This document shows, in pieces, positions 11,386-20,000 of a stretch of DNA of 20,000 nt (the stretch's first letter is position 1; the number at the start of each line of letters is the position of its first letter). Position numbers and translations under genes: made by a program. Origin of the DNA: Paraglomus brasilianum (lineage: Eukaryota); the NCBI GenBank assembly GCA_910592345.1, contig CAJVPI010000051.1, forward strand, positions 46,993 to 66,992, written 5' to 3'. The notes below the pieces were generated by a model. It had not been told where the DNA came from and did no database searches. It saw nothing but the letters and a program-made list of their open reading frames with translations.

Positions 11386-11679
11386 GTTGGTAGTTCTTAT
11401 AGAGGAACGGTTTAATAACTAAACGTTGTTATATATTCTAGACTTTCTGGCAAAACGGTAAACAAGGAAAAACCTCATAAGAACGAAAATAAACAAATGT
11501 GACAAAACAGTTGTACTACAATGGTCTATGTTACACACCTTGCGCCACTGCGTAATACAAATGCAAAGATCGTCGTGTAAATTATTACTGACAATATGTT
11601 TACTCTTATTTCTTGTCGCAAGTCTGACTAAAGCAAAGAATTATAAAAGAATTCCCGAGAATAATTCCATTATCTATAT
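11386..11679. promoter_or_regulatory. Short divergent intergenic region, probable bidirectional promoter
   Basis: 294 bp separate the head-to-head start codons of DNM1 and the F-box gene. Confidence 0.55.
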
Positions 11680-13440
11680 ATGGCACCAGACATATCGAAA
11701 TCCCTGCCAAAATCAGTAACAGAAAACGATCTTGAGCACTTTCGGCAGGAATGGCGTGCAGAAGTCGAACTCAGAAAGTCTCGTGCGCAGCAGCTCGATG
11801 ATCATTCGAGCCAGGCTTCCAATGCAAGGGACAACAGGCTGCATGTGGACGACTCGACGCAAACTACGACTTTGAGCCTTGAGAATATAGAGCATTCTTT
11901 TCTAGAGTTGAGCTTGAGTGAACAGTTAAACAGAGAAAAGAAGGAAGCAGAGTGTGATGGTGTCCCCAGGACTGCATTGGAATATTATGTCCGTGCTGTT
12001 GCTAATGAACGAGAGGGGAACTTGAATGAAGGTAGAGATTGAGACGTAGGAAATGATGTTAACTTATACCTTACTGTCGGGTAATTACATTAACATGGTT
12101 TATTATTGTTTCTAGCGATAAAGGGCTATAAAAAAGCGATAGCACTTGATTCCGACATCGAACATATCTATCGTAATCACTTTAATGTCGACTCCCGTGA
12201 CTCTCAACTCGAGAATCAGACACTATCCAACCAACGTTTACCTCAAATAGACGGTGATTCGCTCTTACCCCCCGGATATAGCGCTGATGAGCTCGGCTAT
12301 ACTAGTTCCTCCCGCTCTTCAATATACACGTACATGAATTCGCTCCTTAATTCCTTTCATGAAGGCTCATTAGACTATATTCCTCTCAAACCCAATAGTA
12401 TTGTGCATATATCCAAATTACCTAACGAATTAATAGTAAATATTTTGAAAACATTGATCTTTGAAGATGTGAGGGGTGTTACAAGGTGCGCATTGGTATG
12501 CAAGAAATTTTGTTTGTTATCATACGAGAATTCTGTGTGGCGATTCCTGTGTGAGATTGCACATTGCGGGTGGAACTTGTCTCTTACTGCGTCCACTCTG
12601 GTGTTAAAGAAGGACGTATTGAATTACGACAACAATTGGAGGAGAATGTTTATTGAAAGGTTGGCAATGGGTTTGGTGGCGAGTTGTTGAAATGAACTGT
12701 AGATTGCTGATATGATCAATTTTTAGACCCAGAATACGATATGATGGGGTATACATATCCAGATGCGCATATCCAAGGTATTCTATCAATCAATGCTAAG
12801 TGAAGAGACAAGCATAAGGATCATATTAGTTTTGCGTAAATCAACATTGATTATTATAATATCTTATTTTGAATTAGAGCGGGCTCTGATGAAAATGCCT
12901 GGACTCAACCGATTCACGTTGTAATATATCATCGATTCCTAAGGTTCTATGCAGACGGTAGTTGCACTAGTTTGTTGACTACCAGAGAACCGAAATCGGT
13001 TGTTTACACATTAGGACCTGATTTCAGGTCAAAACAACTCATGGCGGGCCAGTGGGGATTCGATGTCGAGAGTAGTACCGTCAACATTGAACTTAAAGAT
13101 TTGGATCTCCCAAATCACACGTTTTACATGACATTGGAGCTAGAATCGACACATCGTGGTAAACACAACAAGTTACTATTGCATGGTAAGTCGCCAGACG
13201 ACCATATTATATGACGCTATCTGCTGTTCATACAGTCATTAATTATATTAATGTATTGTTAGAGTATACGTGTGTTAATAATCTGACTAATTGTGGGGAT
13301 AATGTGAAAATGGGCCGCGAGAGACCATTTTTCTTCAGCAGGGTAAGCTTATTAGTCAAATTGAGTTTGTTAACACACCAAATATTATCTAACGATTCAA
13401 TTATAAACTATAGGTAGCCACATATCCTGTTGGGTGGTAA
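11680..13440 (+). CDS. HRT3: F-box protein of the FBXO9/Hrt3/Pof7 family, ~453 aa, 6 exons
   Basis: N-terminal LEHFRQEWRAEV; TPR-like ALEYYVRAVANEREGNLNEAIKGYKKA; F-box ISKLPNELIVNIL...VWRFLC; family motifs RPRIRYDGVYIS, YHRFLRFYADG and FFFSRV. Exons 11680-12031, 12116-12659, 12727-12777, 12878-13185, 13263-13342, 13414-13440 (1362 nt). Confidence 0.9.
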
Positions 13441-14040
13441 TTAAAAGTCTTCAATCTGTAATGATTTAAAACAAGCTCTATTAATTTAAATTAAGCATAA
13501 TAAATTCTACAACATTACATTACGACTCTATGGTTCACAAATGCAGCTGTATTTGTAAATGCTATCTATTAATGGTTGCTCCACTGTTCTTACTTGTTGA
13601 CCAGTTTAATTAATTTCATTTCTATAATGCTTACTCCCCTACATGGCTTATTCTGCTAGTACCCCTCATTTCGCCATTATACTTTCTTTGTATTTTGTCA
13701 TTCTCGGTTATGTATCAATCAGCATACCTTTCTTGTTTGTTTCATGAAACTCCCGAACTACAAATTAGGCACCACACATCACATGATTTCAGCCGAGCGC
13801 AGTGACAATTTGACAACGATATCTATCACTAAACACATTAGGACGTGTTACTAAACTAAAAGTGACGTGTCATTTGATTTTGTCAATATAAAAAGCTCGA
13901 GGAATATTATAAATTATGCGGGTTGCTTCTAGTGCCTGTCTCTCGTAAAGTAAATAGCATACCTTCTCCAAACTTTATAAAATCAGAACACAGCCAACTC
14001 TATCAAATACCGACAGACAACTCACAAGTATCAGCACAAG

Positions 14041-14895
14041 ATGTCTGCAACATCAACATACACTCCTCCTATAGATTTAACTAGATCCCCAACGGGGAGG
14101 CGACGTAGAAGGCCAGGGGGAAGCGAAATAATAACAATAGACGATGACAGTGCACCCATGCGGACAACGACACACCCCACACCAGCGCGAAGGATACCCC
14201 CGATGCATCAGACAAGTAACCCCACACCCTTTTCTCCAGACAGTTTTGAAAGCGGATTGAGTCACAATCCTTCAAGATTGAATATTGGTGGTGAGTTTTT
14301 GAGAGGCTAAGTTGATGGTATTATTAGAGATAAGATGAACGAATGCTATTTCTCAAGCTTAGATGTTAAGAGCTGCAAATATCAATCATGAATATTTGAC
14401 TATAAGGAGTAGTTCATATTATTTGCATCATAACATCTAAGTCCGCTATCTTGGCATTTGAAGTCCGATAACAATTATTTTCTTTCCTATTCGGTAACAG
14501 TGATTGTCAGCATGTTCTACCCTTTTTCTGGGAATCTGCATTCGCAATCACCACCTAATCCTTCGAGGCCATCATCAACACGCTCCCGTCGCGAAGGCAC
14601 ACCCCACATAGTACACGAAAGTCCTGACTTGGTAGAGCTGAGCACTCCTCCCCCTCGAAAGCCTCAGCCAGAAGAGAAACCCCCTCAACCCGGACATGTC
14701 GTGGATCTTGATGAAACCAAGATATTAGTGTGTTGTGAATGCGATCAGATGTTAGGAGAGAAACTGTGGACATTAAAATGTGGACATATTATTTGTGGTG
14801 GATGTGTTGATACTTCTAATAATTTAAAGAACAAAGTGTGCCCGAGTTGTGGGGCGAAAACAAGAACAAGTAATCTACAACAGCTTTATGTATAA
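14041..14895 (+). CDS. Small SIM-containing C3HC4 RING protein, RNF4/Slx8/Rfp-like SUMO-targeted ubiquitin ligase, ~214 aa
   Basis: Exons 14041-14290 and 14501-14895 with a phase-1 GT-AG intron. SIM-like motifs PIDLT, EIITIDDDS, DLVELS and VVDLDE. RING CCEC...CGHIICGGC...CPSC sits at the extreme C-terminus, ending LYV. Confidence 0.8.
14358..14441 (+). other. Long imperfect hairpin within the RING gene intron
   Basis: Nested complementary arms at 14358-14368/14431-14441 (11 bp), 14374-14381/14420-14427 (8 bp) and 14388-14392/14413-14417 (5 bp). Confidence 0.7.
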
Positions 14896-15363
14896 GGTTT
14901 CTTTTACACTTTGTATTGTTACAAGTTTCTTTTTTTCAGAAAAGATATCCAAGGAAAGTTTATACATTTGTAAACAACGTGAAATTTATAACCAAATATA
15001 TCGACATTGGTCAGATTATTTTACACGAAAAAGAAAAAAAAAAAGAGATAAAGCCACCAGCAAGATATAAACTAGATACTCAAAAACTTTTTGTTATGTT
15101 ACTTATATATATATTTATTTCGGTTTCGTAGATATCTATTGGTGAGGTGGATACTTTACTCCCATGCTCTTGACATAAAGTTAAAGCAGACATCACAAAC
15201 TATTCGTAGCAATGAAAAGTTCATACATATACAATGGTCTCTCCTAATTGTAAATCCTATACCCAAATTCTTTAATATTTGGATAAAAATAATAACTCAT
15301 AGGCTTCCTTTTTTAACTGTTCCTACACGCGACTGCATTCGCCCAAACCCAACTTTTTCGAAA

Positions 15364-18300
15364 TTATCTTGTTCTTCGAGCAGCCTTTCTTTCTGGTTTA
15401 TTCAATCGTCTCGGTTGTAGTGGTGCCATCTGAGCAGTTGCTTTAGCTCTTTCTCGTTCCGTTAACTGCGGTGCCTCGTTAAGAGAAGGCTCATTTCTTG
15501 TTTGGGTTCGATCAAACCAGCCCAGAGAAAATACCGATTTCACCGATGAAATAGTATTCAACAAAGTTCGGAAGAATCCTCGAGGCTGGACTTGAGGATT
15601 TACATTCACCTCATCTTCGGTAATTGCATTAAGTGATGTGGATTGTGCATTAAGTGATGTGGATTGTACAGATGCATTAAGTGATGTTGATGGTACAGGT
15701 GCAGTAGGTGATATGGATTGTACAGGTTCGTTAAGTGACGTGGATGGTACAGATTGTGTTGTTGGTGTCACTTCCGCAGTATGCGACTCGACTATATCAT
15801 CGTATATAATCGACGAGACTTCGTTGGTCCTTGGCGGATCGAAAATAATTGATGAAGCTTCATTGGCTTCCGGTGGATCGAATATAATCGACGAGACTTC
15901 GTTGGTCCCTGGCGGATCGAAAATAATCGATGAAGCTTCCGGTGGATCGAATATAATCGATGAGAATTCATCGGCTTCTGGGGGATCGAATATGGTCGCT
16001 AAGACCTCATTGGCCTCCGGCGGATCGAATACTGAAAAGGCATCATTGGTCTCGGGGGGGTCTAAATCTATGCTCTCTATTATAGTATTAATAGTCCTTT
16101 CTCCAGGCGAATCTATATCTATGCTCTCCATTACAGCACTAGTAGACCTTGTTCCTATATGAACCTTCTTCATTTTCGTTTCGATAATTAGTGCATCATT
16201 CTGTATCTCCCCATCGCTGTCCTCGATTTCAATAATCTCTATTTTTCGTGCTGTATTATCATTATCAATATCAATATCATTGTTCAAATGTGGCGCGCGT
16301 CCGACGCTTGTGTTACTTATTATTGGGGTTTTCACAGGTTTTGATAGTCGGATAGGAATTGGTACGGAGAACATATGAGAAATAAACTTAAAGATAGCTG
16401 GGAAAGCCGTTCCCGAAGTATATTCGTGCTTCGTATGTCCTGTGACAGGATAAATGTGAAATTCAAAGATAAACATATGATCATAACGTCTATTAATGGA
16501 GTGCGATTATTTACCTGCCGACAAGCACGGACACCCATAATTTGCTGCATCAGGAACTGGCGTATCCAACGGCTCGGGTGACTTGACCCAATTGATGGTA
16601 ACGCGGGAAAACCATAATCGCAAAAATTCGGGTATAAGGGAAATGTTGTGGGCGCTGTCCGTGAGAGCGATGGCCTTGATTCGGTTACAGAATTCTTCGG
16701 CTTATTAGGAAAAAAAAACAAAAACGATATTTATATGGCGGGTTGGCATACATGCGTCTATAGTTAAAACGATGTATGTACTCACCAAGTTCCTTTAGGA
16801 GATTTGTGGTACAAAGACCACCAAGACTGTGTGCTATAATTACAATATCTTCCGCCGCCGTTGCTCTGCAAAACAAAGTAAAAATTAAACTCAATTACCT
16901 GCGGCTCTCACATGTTCTTTGTCCATTTCATCTAACACTAACCTTACAAAGTTCTTCCAAACGTAAAGGCTATGCTCAATTGGAGTTGCAGAACATTCTA
17001 TGCTATGGCTTTCGGCATACTATGGCAGAAGATAGCTTAGTATATAAAAGCTTGTAGTAAGGTTGACAAATTCCAAATACTTACACCCTCTAAATTGTGT
17101 GTAGTTACAGAGTTGACGTTTGGGTTAAAGATTATGATGCCGAAATTTCGTTCTTGAGCCTTTTCAACGTACGGAAACATTGAACCTATCTGAAAGTAGT
17201 AAATGAAAGGCGGAAATTAAGTGCGAGAGAAAGAAGTATAACGAATTTAAAGGGTAAGTATAGGTGGATGCAAACAAACATAAAAATCATGAATATTTGT
17301 CATGCATATATGTTTTCATTAAATCTATCCATCAAAAGCCTCGTGTCGCATGTAACATGTTTTATTACCTTAAGAGAATCATTGATTATCACTGTGCGAG
17401 ATAAAAAAATCGTCGTTAATTCTTTATTGTGCTATGAATATTACATAAAGCCAATTAATTACCTTGTCTAGACCATTGACCAGGGCGAACAACTCCGCTT
17501 CCCTGAATCAACAATATCAACTTTTTACATACATATGCATTGGAGCTGTCAAGTGATGTATTTATATTATAGAGTCATTATTACACTACTTCCTATTCAT
17601 TATGTTCGCCCTTATGATTAAAGACCACTCTGATATTACATCTCCCTAAACTCTCTGATTCTTTCAAGTTTATATTATTATTCAATCCATTTTCTCGACT
17701 CCCATAGGGATAATTACTCATACTAACCTCAAGTAAATCGGACAATGGGGTATAGTCGGCTCATAGGCTGCTTCGACTGGCACAAATTGTTGAATCAACC
17801 CGTATTTTGACACAAGGAGATGCTCAACATGTTGTGACACGGCCTCTAGAGTGATTACGTACGATGGGTCAAAGTGAGTAGACATTTATTGGCTGAGAGA
17901 AAGGGAAATACGTGAACAAAACAACTCGAGTGTTTACCGCCTAACGCTTCGTAACGTGCTTGATTGTATTCTTGGTCATTTCTTCTTACGTCAAAGGCAA
18001 AACGTTCATCTGAGTGTAATTAACAGGCGCGATAACGCTTATTAGGTACAGCCAATTCTTCGATAATTGTATTCAATCGCTTGTTTGTATGAAAACTTGT
18101 GCGTGAATTGCGCCAGCCAAGCGCTATACGTTCTTGACAGCTACTACTATCTCTACGCCAGCTTACTCTATGATATTCGACAGTATGCTTCCTCTTCCCA
18201 TATCTCTTAACCTTACACACGCACGACTTTCCCATGCTTACTTGTCACCGTATTTCTGAGCTCCCCTTGTTCATTGAAATAATACCCAAATTCTTCCAAT

Positions 18301-18377
18301 CTCTTGGGAAACTCGATGCTTTGAGGGTTATCGTAGCTTTGTGGATATGTTACTATGTTTTCCAAGCTCATTTCCAT
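15364..18377 (-). CDS. ARB2: Arb2-domain protein (FAM172A/ARB2A homolog) with a long repetitive C-terminal tail, ~651 aa, 10 exons
   Basis: Spliced motifs FPKRLEEFGYYFNEQGELR, YNQARYEALG, LIQGSGVVRPGQWSRQVIINDSL, IIFNPN, EHSLYVWKNFV, AHSLGG, AIALTDS, NWVKSPEPLDTP and LSAGHTKHEYTS. Exons 18377-18242, 18009-17938, 17845-17728, 17545-17463, 17391-17369, 17189-17085, 17019-16943, 16865-16786, 16700-16515, 16439-15364 (1956 nt). Confidence 0.9.
15626..15750 (-). repeat. Coding repeat encoding STSLN four times
   Basis: TTAAGTGAYGT units recur four times, including a 21-bp tandem pair. Confidence 0.85.
15800..16130 (-). repeat. Coding tandem repeat, ~39-bp/13-aa unit (SSIIFDPPEANE-like)
   Basis: Seven DPP units plus degenerate flanking units (SIDIDSP, SIIYDD). 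GGATCGAA recurs on the plus strand. Confidence 0.9.
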
Positions 18378-19890
18378 GTTTTTGAAAAAAATTTGTACAG
18401 GTTAAACGTGTTCTCACGGAGTCCGGAGTTCATACTATACAGGAATATTGATCGACCAATTAAATCATCCACAACTAACAATGAACGTGATTCGATAGAT
18501 AAGGTTTGTTTTCACTTTGCCATTGTTTTCGCCTGCAAATCGGATGTCGGTAAAGAGTTATCCATTATTAATATCACACAGGACAGGGTAACACGCTGTG
18601 CGCCAAGCGGTCGTTTTAATTTGTATGCGCATATTAATATACATTTTGTAATTTCAGCCCAGCTCATTTTTATTTAACCTGCCTGTATATTTGTTGGCAG
18701 TATAATTTATCTATTACTATTAATCTTGGCGGGATTGAGCAAACGGTTGTCATATTTGTTGAAAATCAAATACTTTTTGCCATGGAGAAAGGAGATCTTA
18801 ATCGCAAGCTGGTTATTTTATTTATTAATACGAGCCAACAGTTCCGTCTACCGACCGTTATCTGTATTTCAATAAAATCGCTGTACTTTCTAGCTACCAT
18901 AAGAAAGCTTACCATTGGTGTACTAACAACAGGTTTTAACCATGTATGGACAGAATGTTATACAGTAAAACGTAGCACAACTTCACTGATAACGCTGATA
19001 ACCAGTTATACTCCCACGATCGCGGAATATCCGATAATCAATTATAATTAGTAAAACATGTGAAAAATCTAATTTTTCTACTGGCCGTATCTACTAAAGC
19101 TAATCGATTGTATTTTTCGATGAAAGTAACGCTACATTTAAAAAATCCATTGTTGTTCTATACGTATTCATCAAACCACAACATTATTACAAAAACATAT
19201 TCAACTTTATCAGCATTCTCCCCAAAAAAAACTACAATCGGCTTGAAGATATACAAAAATTTCGTTGTTTTGCTTAATAGATACGGCCAGTAGTAGTAGA
19301 GATTTTCGTATGTTTTACTAATTGATCATCAGGAGTGTATTTCGGTCGTCTAAAAATAAGGTCAAACTGATCAAAAACCATCAGGTAGAGAGTACTTGAA
19401 CTCGGAAAATTAGAGAACGAAATGCGTTCTATAAAGCCAGTGAAGGGATCATAATATAGTTTAGCAGTATCTTAATCCCGTATTCCAATTCTGTGACATC
19501 GTGCATTTCAAAAGGATTCAAGGTCAGGAATTTGTGAGACGGTATACCTGGTAGATTGATGTTTTCCCCTAACCAACCAATTAATAATATCTTTGCTTAT
19601 TCAAATTTCTGCCATTGTAAAGAAACTTTACGAAAACGAAAACAAAACAAACGTACGTAAATGCCATGATAAATAAAATAATGATTCCGCTGTTTTCACA
19701 CATTCAAGCTTAAATTTATCCAAACTAAAATGTCGGTCCAAAGTGCAATTTACATTCAGATTCTTGAAAACCTAAGCTGCAAAGCTGATATAAACTTTCT
19801 GTTATTTTAAATAAACTTTTGTCGAATGCCTTTTTCTAGTGTAAATAGTGAATTGTTAATTAAAATTATTTTCAATTATTTAATTGTCAC

Positions 19891-20000
19891 GGCTGATTCT
19901 GAAATCCGGCTGAAGCTGAAACAATGACCTTTCATTGGTTGATCAGATTTTATTCTCTAACCCCATTGGTTAGTTTCAGCTTCAGCCGGATTTCAGCATC
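19891..20000. mobile_element. MITE-like element with long terminal inverted repeats, cut by the window end
   Basis: 19895-19922 and 19973-20000 are reverse complements at 27/28 nt around a 50-bp spacer. Confidence 0.7.

Noticed and set aside
15800..16060. Regularly spaced repeats superficially like a CRISPR array
   Set aside because: The units are in-frame coding repeats without unique spacers, the context is eukaryotic, and there are no cas genes.
15638..16162. 174-aa plus-strand repetitive ORF
   Set aside because: Antisense shadow of the Arb2 coding repeat.
18234..18677. 147-aa plus-strand ORF
   Set aside because: Overlaps Arb2 exon 1 and its promoter in antisense, with no protein-like features.
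18780..19560. Short ORFs and intron-like signals upstream of Arb2
   Set aside because: I could not build a consistent spliced frame or find a recognisable motif.

Overview
AT-rich eukaryotic DNA with short GT-AG introns. The gene families suggest an early-diverging fungus, probably Mucoromycota-like (inference). The right part (8.1-18.4 kb) holds four intact spliced genes that I reconstructed by hand: the mitochondrial fission dynamin DNM1/Drp1 (minus strand, 12 exons, one of them 10 nt), an FBXO9/Hrt3-type F-box protein (plus), a small multi-SIM RING protein of the RNF4/Slx8-like STUbL type (plus), and an Arb2/FAM172A homolog (minus) with a long tail of tandem SIM-like repeats. The left ~7.7 kb is decayed DNA: a sharply bounded CpG-depleted block carrying an intron-containing pseudogene of the bacterial-type AAA-ATPase-like/PD-(D/E)XK nuclease family, a Sel1 fragment, and small transposon-like relics. 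The most notable observations are (i) a near-perfect inverted copy of DNM1 exon 3 with its splice sites just past the DNM1 stop codon, (ii) the putative poly-SIM Arb2 protein next to a multi-SIM RING ligase, and (iii) a long hairpin inside the RING gene's intron. All family assignments come from motif recognition; no searches were run.
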